Shown in pieces: positions 1-11,393 of a stretch of DNA of 64,000 nt. The number at the start of each line of letters is the position of its first letter. The stretch's first letter is position 1. The notes beneath the pieces were generated by a model that worked only from the letters and a program-made list of their open reading frames with translations, did not search any database and was not told where the DNA came from. The stretch covers positions 20,839 through 84,838 of the forward strand of contig NMRA01000908.1 of the NCBI GenBank assembly GCA_002633005.1. The letters run 5' to 3'. This DNA comes from Phoronis australis. Its lineage: Eukaryota; Animalia; Phoronida. A program made the position numbers and the translations under genes.

Positions 1-46
<46 letters not shown>

Positions 47-47
47 A
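1..47 (-). repeat. (AGT)n / (ACT)n microsatellite, probable 3' tail of the adjacent LINE
   Basis: Pure AGT repeat running off the window edge, directly downstream of minus-strand RT remnants. Confidence 0.85.
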
Positions 48-1672
48 TTTACAACTACTTGTGAATAGACTAGGAGAGATTATCGAAAATAGTTACACAC
101 AAAGCAGTTGGGAATAATGCACTCAAGTTCATAACTTCCAAAACAAATGTCCTTAAAATAATTTATAACAGCGGATATCTAAAGGGCAAAATTGTTTTGA
201 GAAATATTTTCAGGATGGTTATTAACGATATGAATTACAGCATTGCAAACTAAATCTTCAGCAAATGAGTTAGTAGAACGACGTGTTTGTAAAAGATGTC
301 GTTGCCTAGTGTAATATTCATGAACAGACCCACGGTTTATTAAATTGAACGTGTTAAAAATGAAGGTAGAAAATTTTGATAATAGCAACAACATACAAGT
401 CTTTTGTTTTGAGTATCTGTGTAGTCTTAAATAAAGGATCTGTATAGGCATTAAAATAACTAGAGGTCATAGTGCGAATAACCTTTTTCTGTAATTTGAG
501 TACTCCATGATGTTCGCAACCCCATAGCAGAATGCCAAATGAGAAAGGACAAGACCATTACATACAGTTTTCAAAGTTTCAAAGAGCAAGCAATGTTTAA
601 TGTTATTAAGAACACAACAGAATCTGCTTATCTTTCTCAACAAATTGTTTATGTGTGGAGTCCATATCAGGTTTTCGTTGATTTCAACGCCCAGTAAATT
701 GAATGAACTAACTCTTTCAATTTCCAAGTTATTAAAAATCATCAATACATTTTGGAGGTTTATGAAAAACCATGAATTTTGTTTTATTTACATTTAAAAC
801 CAGGCCATTTACTTTTAGTCAAGACTGAAGTTTCTCCAGTTCTTCACAAAAATATGTGACTCACAAACAGCGTGCTACCATTAATAATAGTATCCTCAGT
901 ATAAAGTTTGCAGTCAAAGAAACTAGCACACTTCACAAAGTCACTCATATAAATGAAGATTATTAACGGACCTAGTATAGACCCCTGTGAAACACCCGGC
1001 AAACTTGGAACTGTTTATTTTGTGTTATTCATCCGAACATACTGTGCCCGATTAGAGAGATAGTTTCTCAAAAATTTGAAGACAAGGGGTTGCACCCAAA
1101 ATATAGAAGTTTGTTGAGTAGAAACGAATGACTTAAAGAGTCAAAAGGTTTGGAAATATTAATTAGAATGGCCAGAGAAAATTTATTATTTTCCATAGCC
1201 TTGATAATTCTATCCATAATTTCAACTAAAGCCAGTTCTAGAGAGTGCCCCCCACGAAAACCATACTGGGCAGGATATAGCAAGCCATTAGATGAAAAAA
1301 AATCGTAAAGTTGAAGTTTTTCAAAAATCTTAGAAAAGCAATACAGAACAGAGATTGGCTTGTAATTATCTATAAACAACGGGCCCCCTTTTTAAATATA
1401 AGAATAATCTTGGTAATTTTTATGTTGTATTTTTATGGCTGAAAATGGATTGGTTATACACAACACACAATTGGTTCCATTAGCAGATTACCTAGACATT
1501 TTATTATTTTCATAGATATGTCATCAAGACCACAAGTAAGTTTAGCTGCAAAAGAGTTAAATCACTTTTCTAACATCAATTGAGGAAATTAGTTCAAAGT
1601 CAAATCTACATGTAGCAGCGGATTCACAATCTAAAGAAGATATATGTGACAAATTTGAAGAATGAGTAGGTA
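48..1672 (-). mobile_element. 5'-truncated, decayed non-LTR retrotransposon (CR1/L2-group-like RT)
   Basis: Broken ORFs carry RT motifs: 1068-1379 NYKPISVL..FSKIFEK..QYGFRGGHS..AILINISKPFDSLSH..LLNKL, and 467-745 IERVSSFNLLGVEINENLIWTPHI. Homology to the paralog's 3' flank stops at about 1673, marking the insertion junction. Confidence 0.85.
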
Positions 1673-2008
1673 AAAGTGAAACCACAAATTAAAACACCAA
1701 TCACAACAAAACAAATATCAAGAACAAACAACACCATGAATAACACTCAGGGTAAGACTTGTACAAATGTAAGAGATAGTCGCCTGGTCCGTGGTTATGT
1801 CTTATAAATTACCCCGTTCACCTATTCAGCTCTCCTTTTTATCTTTTGCAACAGGTTAAAATCTACAGTTGATGCGACCAGGCTTTCTCAAGCCACGGGT
1901 AAAATGTAGGCCTGCTCGGTAAGGACGACTGATTAAATCAGTGAAAAGTTCTCCTTGTGTAAAGATTCATGTTTTTTTTGAAAACTGCAACAATAACACA
2001 ATCTTCGG

Positions 2009-4173
2009 TTACATGGTTGTTTCTGAACCATTTAATTCAATGCCGTTGGTGTAATCCTTACACCCAGTCTCAGAGGATTTCCGGTGACGGTCGGTGAACG
2101 ATGACGCAAGATTGGAGCTCCTTTTTCGAGAAAAAAACTTCCGGTATTTCAAGAAAATAGTTTTTCTGCAGATGTAAGCTAGGAATATGAAGAATCCTTG
2201 CAATGAGTTAAATATGATGAATAGATACCACAGCACAAGGCTTCCAGTAAGAGCTCCAAAGTACCCAAATATCCACGTGCTTCCCATAACAGTGGAAAGT
2301 TTAAATGTTATCAGAAGCACGCGTTCATTTTCACCGTTATTCTTGACATGTTTTCTAACTTGACGCTTGGTTCTTATAAAGTGGAAAACCGTGAATACGA
2401 TGAAAGTGACATTAATGAATATGATAACCGCTAAGGGAATCGCAAAACCATAAAGAATTGGTTCGTTACCAGATATCCAGCACCTCTCCTCATCTGCGTA
2501 TTGGAAAGGTATATCAGTGGCGAACTCCAACGTAACGCACGTGGCAATTATCAATAAAGGGCTCAGTACAGAATACAGCATATACTTATAAATTGCATGC
2601 GGGGACGGTTGCCGCTTCTCCATAATTTTGCGAAACGTTCTGAAAATACAAAAACACATACTGTTCATCCAAAAGAACGCACACAACCACAGGAAATGTT
2701 CAACTATAGCCAGTGTCTTACATAATACTGGAAATTCAGTACGATCAATTGCAGTTAACATTATGAGTTGTGCCATGAAAAGTGTTATAGCGAGGTTCAT
2801 CATAATTTGACCAGGCAGTGTTCGAAGTTCATTGAAAAGTGCGTACGTCAGCACAAATATCGTTAGACCACATAAACTGATCACGTTCCCAGCGAGCGTC
2901 AGTTTGTACTGGGTTTTGTTGTATTCAAAAAACCGAAAATTCGTCTCATTCGTAAAAGGATTGCACACATACAATATGTTGCCTTGAATGATGTAGTCAT
3001 CTGGCTGAAACGACAAACCAGAGTTTATATATGCAATGCCGTCTTCCACCTCATACTCGTCATCTGTGTATGTGATCATTGGACACTTAAAATAGAAAGA
3101 ATCATTGGCAGTAACAGTATTATTCAAATAAGTATTGTTCAAGTTCGTAATATTCATAGCTCCTTGACCACACGACCCATCAAACATTCTATATTCCTTC
3201 GGAGGACAAACTAATGGCCGACATTTCTGTGCCTGCTTGTCATAGATTCTGTTTCCGGAACAGTTTAGAGAGGACGCACTTATCTTCGGACTAAATTCGT
3301 CACTTAGCCCTGTGAAATCAATTAGATGAGAAAAACTGGAAAGCTCTCGATTGGGGACTGGACGGGAGTCGAAACAAAACAAACTTGGCCAGCCCCCACC
3401 TGGACAACGCGCGAATTGTAACTTAATACTATCGTTAGAAGAGGGAAAGTAGTCTGAGAAATACATGTATGACGAGCATTCCGTCGCGTTACTTGGGCAA
3501 CGTGTCGTGCATTCTGTGCTCTTGAGCTCTACCTGTACATTGCAATGGTGAGAGAGCGATGGTGCCCTAATCAATATTCTAAACAACTCGGAATCGTAGA
3601 TCGATCGTACCCGTGCTGTGCCGGTGTGATGTTCCACGAGGTGTTTCAAGAGAGTTGTTGTCTCTTCGTTTGTCATCCAATCTAAGTCAGGTATAGGGAT
3701 GATACCGGTTTTCCAAAATGTTCCTTTTCTGAGAATCTGTGACACGTCCGCACGATGACAGACTGCACAATAAATGTTCCGGAAAGAGTAGTACCTTCCA
3801 TCTCTCAAGAATCCGTTAACGGGCACAATCTGGAATATGTCGTCTTCATTTCCATAGTGGCACTTGCTGGTAACATTACCGTTGGTAAAATCGTCAGGAC
3901 AGCGCGATATCACTTTACTACCGAAAGGGTAAATGCTGTGATCTAACGTCAGACATTCTGTGTAGATGTTGATTGACGTGAAATTTCTTGCACTTGGTTT
4001 GTAGTCATGACAACAATCGCCAAACTCAGTACAGAACTGATCACAATAACACACTTGTTTCTCACGGTGTCTCATATCTTCCACGAAAGGAGATGAGCAC
4101 GAAATACCACAGGCCTGATAAAACGATGGCTTAGAAGGCTGAGAATCACAAGAAAATCCACACGTCTGGAACA
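2009..4173 (-). CDS. Receptor A, main coding exon: somatomedin-B-like Cys-rich ectodomain plus class-B (Methuselah-like/adhesion-like) 7TM GPCR
   Basis: Uninterrupted 721-codon frame. SMB-like motif CYCDQFCTEFGDCCHDY; Cys-rich VISRCP..C..PV..FRNIYCAVCH; seven hydrophobic helices with class-B-like motifs (ELRTLPG..MNL, HFLWLCAFFWMN, CWI, MGSTWIFG, FNSLQGFFIF). Preceded by splice acceptor ctcttttcag at 4183-4174. Confidence 0.93.
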
Positions 4174-4649
4174 CTGAAAAGAGAACACGTCTTATAGTAC
4201 GTATAAGTTAATTGTGTACGTTGAAACAGCATTGAACGATCGAGGAATTGAAATTGTTGGTGACCATGGAACCACGGCACCAAAGACGTTTATATGTGAA
4301 CAAGTCAGATAAGAAGCGTAGACATTTGAAATTCGGCTCACTTTAATGAGCGACCAGTACGTAGGCCTTGTCCATAATTGCCAGTCAACACCAGAACTGC
4401 TTTCCGAAGACGCTAGACCATCGCAAAAAAGAAAGACCCTGCAACACTACACGAAATCAAAAGGCGGGAGCTTCGGGAGTACGCTCGGGACATTACTCGC
4501 GTATATCAGAAAAATGGCATTCATTAAAGTGAAAAGTGATTAAAAGGCAAGTTTGAAATGTCGAATTGTAGAATTTTCTTTCCCCGTACAATTAGGAAAA
4601 CGTCTCGTCGCAAGTGCCTCGCGAGCGGGTTGCATTTACGATTGCGGAC

Positions 4650-5148
4650 CTGAGTCTGCCTTTTATGAGAAGTTGTACTATACGTCATTCGAAGCAAATC
4701 CTTTGGTCTACAGAATGTGGGAAGATCACCAGACGCAGCTTTTTGAAGGTTGATGCAGACGTATAATAATACTTGGAAGCTTGTCGTTATGTAAACACTC
4801 CTGTAAGTGAAAGACTTTGCTTGTGTTGTGATTCTGAGTCTGCTGAGGATGAGCTACACTCATTGTTCTTTTTATAACTTTCTGAAGTCTATTCTATTTA
4901 ATCGTGTCCGAACTTTGCAGAATTCAGAATATTAGATACGTTAAATGTGCTGTATTTTCCTAGGCAATTCGCCAAATGTATCAAGTCTGGTTTTGAACTT
5001 AAAAACCGTCGCATTTATGGTACATCTGAGTTGTGTGGTTAAAGTGACTAACTGGCTGGGTACTTATTTTTCTTGCAAATATTATACATATAACTGTTTG
5101 AATTAATTGTACTTAGCAATATAATAAACGAATAGAAATACAAATACA
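4650..5148 (+). mobile_element. 3' end of a decayed LINE (RTEX-like)
   Basis: About 4771-4870 translates to LEACRYVNTPVSERLCLCCDSESAEDELHSLF, resembling the LINE C-terminal IExGRY..ERLCxxC..EDExH zinc motif. Ends with aataaa followed by aaatac repeats. Confidence 0.6.
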
Positions 5149-6079
5149 AGCGTTGATATGCACCCATATTACACAGCAAACGGTTGGTTTCTCAGAGTGC
5201 TTATCACTTTCATGTCAGGTACAAGGCTGCAACAATTTGACCAAAACGGACCAGAATTGACAGTTTTGATACCTCACCTTTTAAAATTTTAAACTTAAAA
5301 TTTAAAGTTGAAAAAACTTGATACACAGGTTTCCATTACTTGCAACAAAGAACTAAAACACCTTACCAAGGGACACAGCACTAGACATCCAGTTATCCGG
5401 TCTAGCCTACTTCTTTTCAGAAGCATGCACGCGCATAGCCTTAAATGGCGGGCTCGAATTTTTGAGAATGTGGACCTTTTATAAAATTCACAGGGTGCGT
5501 TCATAGCTATGAATTATGCATTCGCCGAATTTTGGTAGTTTTGGCCTTTTTAGTGGAATTTTGTCTCGTTTTTTTCTATTGATTCGGAGTTTTTGATTCT
5601 CTGAGGCGGACCTACTGTCCCACTTCCCCAAACGGGGGGCTCGTCCGATCCCCCCTGGGTGCGTGGATGATAAGGTGTGGAATATACAAAGATGCATGTA
5701 GAAACAAAGTGGCATGACGGGTACCACACTTGCTGCAATCTGCTTAAAACTGGTCTTAATTATCGTCTGTGCAATGGTTGCTGCAGTTGTCAAATCCGTC
5801 CGAAAAACGACTGGTACCAGCACATCGAAGTTTCATTCCTCTGTGTCAAGGTTTCATTGAGTCTTGTCAATTGCTTTTGTACAGACATTGACCCTCTCCA
5901 AAAACTAAGAAGACCCTTGTTAAAAGCAAAATGACCACTAGGGGGTGTTGCAGTTATTGAATCTGCTCCAAAATCGGCTGGCAGCGTTACATTGTAGATA
6001 ACAGCTTACTTCATCTTAAAAAATACATAAGAAGTGGTACAATTACTGCCCGCAAATCGAGAACATTAGAGAACGTATA

Positions 6080-7675
6080 TGTCAGAATAAATACTAATTA
6101 AGAAATTAGTGGCTGTACTTCGGGAGCAAGTTTTCGGATATACAGAATTGATTGAACACACAACACTTTTCATTGTTGACAGTCTTTATTGCATTACGTT
6201 CATGCCTTGGGAACAAAACTACTCTCAATTGAACATGGATAAAGTAACTGACCTAGCGACATAATTAAAAGGTATGCAATATTTCGAAACTTAGTTGTTT
6301 CATTCTCAAGTGAAGATAAAATGACGCAGTAATGCCACCACAGAGCATAAGCTGACGACACACACAGTGAGACACGGCGGGTGTGAAATACTGCAAAGAA
6401 TGACTAATGAAGGGGGGTAACAGGAAAGTCACGCAAACAAGTGTAACGTGCGGCGTGACCCTGTTTGCTGCTCATTCAAAACAGGTTTTCTCAAATGCAA
6501 TTATAAGGGACTCTAATACTTTCAATCGCAGCACATCGTCTCCACGTACCGAATTGACGTGTTTTCCACTATTTCTTGAAGGGTGATTTTACGTTCGTGA
6601 CATTGCAGAAAATGATCTTGGATGGCGCTATTTTGAAGATGCAAGACTGCAAACCGTTTGACCAATTTAACATTGTTTGACGTTTGAACGAACACATTCG
6701 TTCATAGGGCATACAAAGTCATAAACAACAATACGCTGTGCAGCGGGTCGGACTTTCGCTTTAGAAATTTTATTTTTCATGACCAAGTTTGAGGACTTAC
6801 TATTCCGATAATTAATAATAAAATCGAGGTAATCATCAGGCTTACAAACTTTAACATTATCCCTAAGCCTGATGATTACCTCGATGTTATTATTTATTAT
6901 CAATGCCTCAAAGTATTAACGATGAAAAGTGCCGTGTGTTCAATCAATTAAGTAATTAGTAAGAATAGATCCATTTTAAGTTGCTCAAAATTGGTGCATA
7001 TGTACTTTTAATCAAGGGGTTAAACTTGTTGACATGTACGTCAAAATCTATTGTTAGATGGTGTTTACAACTTTGGGTTCTGGGGTCAAAGCACTCTGGA
7101 GATTCTAGAAAGTTCTGAGAACAAATTGTAACAGCTAATGATATGATTGGATATGATCATGTGGTTTTTATTGTCCAATCAGTAAATAAGTAAAATATTA
7201 TATTACGGGCTAAAACCAAGAAGATATTCAGATGTGCTATAGTAGTTGAAGCATAAAGACTTGCTACAGTGTACAGATGAAATTGTACGACAGAACCAAC
7301 TCGTGGAAGATTCTAGAAATGATCTTGCCAAGGGCAAGAGTTAACGAACAGGAAGTTAACTAAGAGCTTGTCACTTGCATCGTGGGTAGTAAGATACTGC
7401 CTGAAGTCTTGCGTCACCAGAGACTGTGACCAGCAAGAAGAATCGTGGGTAGAAGAAACTGCCTGCAAGGGTTGCATCACCAGAGACGGTGACCAGCAAG
7501 TACACTGTCGCAATACAGTGTGTGTGTAGTCCGAAGATTCACCAACAGGTTTCACTTGTCTAATTAGTGGTTATCATATAAATTAATTACTGGATTTGAT
7601 TAATCACTCTCCATCTACGCACAATCTCAAAGCATATTTATATTTTAAACAAACCCATAGTCAATCTCCGTCACA
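6080..7675 (+). mobile_element. Solo LTR-like element (same family as 16069-16949), interrupted by a Penelope-like insertion
   Basis: Starts tgtcagaataaata and ends ..gtcaca. 6947-7675 aligns closely with 16087-16949 apart from an internal deletion. No clean TSD seen. Confidence 0.75.
6146..6950 (-). mobile_element. Penelope-like retroelement 3' remnant (C-terminal GIY-YIG endonuclease) with inverted ends
   Basis: Minus-strand translation with one stop and frameshifts: VVYDFVCPMNEC..*IGQT..HLQNSAIQDHFLQCH..IVENTSI..RLKVLESLII..VLNEQ. An inverted repeat of about 35 bp (aattgattgaacacac..cacttttcat) sits at about 6147-6180 and 6915-6949. Confidence 0.75.
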
Positions 7676-8021
7676 TACCTCCGGCAATCTTTTGAACTGT
7701 TTAAACTGTTCCTTTGTTGGTTTATTATTTGCGCATATAATGCTTACCACTGTCGTTCATGTCATTCTTATGAAGCCATTGCATGTAAACCAGCAGTAAA
7801 TGACATCACAAGTCACTAAGTTGACTATTTAGATAAGTGATAGATGAAACGTTTCCCTGTTTCAAGCTTTGTTATTCTTCGCATTTGGTAAACACTATTG
7901 CTTTTATATAACCATGGGACATGAATATCCACTTGGTAATGTTTAGTGGATTTCGTCCCATAACTATGAGGTTGAAATAAAACATCAGCTATAGCCTACA
8001 TGCGTCGAACTAGCTTGTGCG

Positions 8022-8169
8022 CATGGGCGTCGCAGCCGACTGAAATAAGTGGGGGTGGCTATAGCCCCAGCCCCCTATGGTGCGCCGCCCATGCTGACCA
8101 TGGGCAGCGCAGCACTGAAATAAGTGGTACGCTATGGACCCCCCAGCACCTAATGGTGCGCCGCCCATG
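8022..8169. repeat. Two adjacent ~70-bp mini-elements bounded by CATGGGC..CGCCCATG
   Basis: Repeated actgaaataagtgg..atggtgcgccgcccatg. The same terminus occurs in reverse at about 45446 and 57232. Confidence 0.55.
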
Positions 8170-8279
8170 GTGCGATGCAGTGAGCAATATCAGAATCCTC
8201 TTCCATGCCAATGATGACGATTTACTAGCCCAGTTCAAGAATAGCGGCTTCATACCGGCACATTAAGGCATGGTCCTTT

Positions 8280-9540
8280 GCAGGACACCCAGAGTGCAGT
8301 CAGCGGCAGAGTCCTTTTCTGTGGAGTCTGTGTGCTCCAATGGGCAGATGTTGGTACCTGGTTTATCTGTGCTAAGTGCCCTGGGCTGCCGGTTTAGAAC
8401 TGTAAATCTAGTCTGCCCATAAATATTACGTGTCACCATGTGTCGGTTCGATCTAGCAGTAGCCTCACTTTCATCGCTACGACGGCGTTGCCCAGAAGAA
8501 GTATAGAAAGTGTGGCCTTGTGATTTTCCGCCATTTTAACATTTCCCATAATAACCTCATTTCTCAAAAAAATTCATCTTAAGATATTTAATAACCCTTG
8601 GTATACCTGTTGCTATGAAACAAGCCAAAAATTAAAAAAAATATTTTCCTGTTATCGGGGTTGTACGTAATCGGTGTAAGTGAGTCTCCGTCATTGTTGT
8701 GTTCAGAGTACAATTTATCTGTCATGGGTCATTCGCTGTTCAGTGTGTGCTATTGTTCGTTTTAAGTCAGGTTTAGCTGGTACCTCATATATTTAATCTA
8801 ACTCAAATTTTCAATGCATATCATGATTTACATTTTTGGGGCTTCTGGCAGGTACAACACAGAGTGTAGTTTATTTTGTCTGTCATTAAGTGGTCAGTGG
8901 CATGTATTCAATCACCTGGAACTGGTTAGTGCGGTACCTCTAATGTAAGAGCTAGCTCATTTTGGGGGGTGTTTTTTGTTTCTGCCGGCCCATTCTAGAA
9001 TGCAATTTGCCTGTCATGTATTCATTGAGGCACTATTGTCCGTTTTAAATCAGTTTAGAATATCTAATCTAGCTCATTTTTGGCGCCCTTAAAATCCCCA
9101 GGGGTCACAACTAGAGTGGAGACAACGACAGATGTCCTTTTCTGTACATACTGAGGTAGAGTCTATGTGCTCCTATGGGCAGATGTTGGTACCTGGTTCA
9201 TCTATGCTAAGTGCTCTATACTGCTGGTCTAGAACTGAAAATCTAGTCTGCCCTTAGATATTACGTGTCACCATATGTCGGCTCCAACACTAGCCTCACT
9301 TTTATCGCTACGCCCCCTTTGCCCAGAAGAAGTATAGACTGTAGGACCTTGTGATTTTTTCACCATTAAAATAGTTCCCACCATGACCTTATGTCTCAAA
9401 AATAAATCTTAAGAGATTTAATAGGCTTTAGTAAACCTATTGCTAAGAAACAAGCCAAAAATTAAAAACTATATACATTCTCCAGTTCTCGGGGTTGTAC
9501 GTAATTGGTATAAGAACGTCTCCGCCGTTGTTTTTTACCA
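8280..9540. repeat. Degenerate tandem array: ~420-bp block repeated at ~835-bp spacing with ~145-bp subunits between
   Basis: gggcagatgttggtacctgg at 8342 and 9177; aaacaagccaaaaattaaaaa occurs twice; ..tctgtcat..tagctcatttt.. subunits at 8700-9100. Confidence 0.75.
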
Positions 9541-10021
9541 GCGCAATAGTGAGTAGTTGTGAGGAAAATCCGCTGTGAAACTTGGGTCTTGCTCCTTTTG
9601 TGTGGTGCAGGACAATTACTGCATTAGCGATGACTCCAAGTCAATAGAACACTGGCTGAATTAAAACAAACGATCGTGGATTAAAACGGGTGTTTTTTCT
9701 GTCAAACTGGCTTCATAATTCAATTCTCCTTGAAAATTGTTGTTATTGTCGATTATTCCGAAAGAAATACGATAAAGGTTAGCAAAATATGCTGTCATTG
9801 TGTTTAGTGTAATGCTGGATACACCATTGGTTTATGACCTACAACCACCAACAAAGATTGCAAGAACAATTTAACAATAAAAAACTCGTTACATCATCCT
9901 GGAATGTCCTTTGGTCTGGAGTTGAGTGTTGGCTGCCCATGTACTATAGTTTATGATTAAACATAGACCGACATTTTCCAAAATTTTCTCGACATATTCT
10001 AGCAACATTTATGTGTACCAG

Positions 10022-10171
10022 TGCTGAGTTGCATAAAGCTTCAAAAGTTTTCCGCTGGATAAGTTTGATTGTTACATGGCGTCAGGTGCATTGTTCAACA
10101 ATAAAACCGTGACGCGTGATAAAGCAACGTAATTGTTGCTATACGGCGTATAACTTTTATGCAACTGGGCC
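10022..10171. mobile_element. 150-bp MITE (PIF/Harbinger-like) with CAG TSD
   Basis: TIRs ..agttgcataaa / tttatgcaact..; flanked by cag at 10019-10021 and 10172-10174; absent from the paralogous intron at about 44945. Confidence 0.7.
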
Positions 10172-11338
10172 CAGATTTGGTTAAAGCGATTTAGTTACAT
10201 ACCTTCACACGCCTGCTCTTTGGAGCTATTACATGACGCAAGACCGCCTACACTGGTAGTTGTTGTTGAACCGGGAACTGACTGTGCATCTGAAAATATT
10301 TGCAAGATGTGCTTTCGTAACCAATCGTGACCTCTTCTCACGCACTGTATACATTCAGTCCAAATACAGAATAATGTTTTGGGCGAAAACGAGAGTAAAA
10401 GCTTAAGTTGCTGGAGCTTTAATGAATTTATTTGAATAAATTTCGCTATTAGGAACGTTCTATTTATTACACCTAAAATATTTCACTGATCGTACTTGGA
10501 AAATGAATCACGTGTCAGGTAACACTTGTTCAATTCTTACGCATTTGGACCATTCAGCAACGTATGCTTATAGACCATACGTACTTCCTGCTCGTGATTT
10601 CTGTCAACTTACACTGTTTAGTACGTATTTACGCAGGGTTAAAGTTTTTCATGGACTGTGAAACGACCGGAAGCTTTTCGGCGAATTATGCCTCAAACCG
10701 ACGAAAACATCAAAGTCACGATGTTATAAAGGTGACCCTCTATGCGCAAAGGGTATTGATAACAACGTGACTTTGAAGTTTTAGTAGATGTGAGGCATAG
10801 GAGCATCATCGTCTCTACTTGGGAGAGTAAGAGACGTTGGTCATTGTTTAACGGACAACACCAAAACATCACCACCCTGCATCTTTCATCAACATGTACC
10901 TATAACTCCCAGGCCTGTGCTGAACAAACTCCGACAGCAGTTCACTCACAGAGTGGTTCGGTTAGGAAAAAATCAAGTATGGCATCAATGATCACCCGAC
11001 CTGCCATTTCTTGACTTCTTTTTGCTCTGTTTGCTGCTGGGTAAAGTGTATTAGATTTCTCCAGCCGATGCGAAAGAGTTGAAAGTGCGACTGAACAGTG
11101 ATTTCGAAGTTCTAAGAATAGCTCGAAACGGGAAGAACACGGTGACGCAACTTGTATGGCTGCTGGGGTGTACATTTAAAGTGAAATGATATTCACCACA
11201 ATTGTTTCAAAAGTTTCGAAGGTGTCATAACGTGTAATAGAGAAAGCTTTACTGTTGATCGGATGATAAGTTTTTAATTACCATGGCATTTTACGTACTT
11301 CGTTTTACTGTACTGTTTGTTCTAACATATACACTTAC

Positions 11339-11393
11339 CAAGAACTTGAAGTGAGCTGAATAACAAAACTGCCGAAAGCAGCAAAGTTCCCAT
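11339..11393 (-). CDS. Receptor A, signal-peptide exon (MGTLLLSAVLLFSSLQVL + phase-1 G)
   Basis: ATG at 11393, 18 hydrophobic codons plus 1 nt, then donor gtaagt. G+TG restores the Val codon in frame with the 4173 exon. The paralog has the same structure. Confidence 0.88.

Noticed and set aside
2628-3946. Antisense ORFs overlapping the receptor CDSs (also 61095-62048)
   Set aside because: Short shadow frames whose similarity between copies follows from conservation of the sense CDS.
5714-5860. 48-aa hydrophobic micro-ORF (MTGTTLAAICLKLVLIIVCAMVAAVV..)
   Set aside because: Short, antisense within an intron, not seen in the paralog, and no other support.
6326-6394. Plus-strand type III hammerhead (CTGACGA..GAAA, GCAGTA/TACTGC)
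   Set aside because: Stem II is out of register, the UH cleavage site is missing, and it is antisense to the Penelope ORF.
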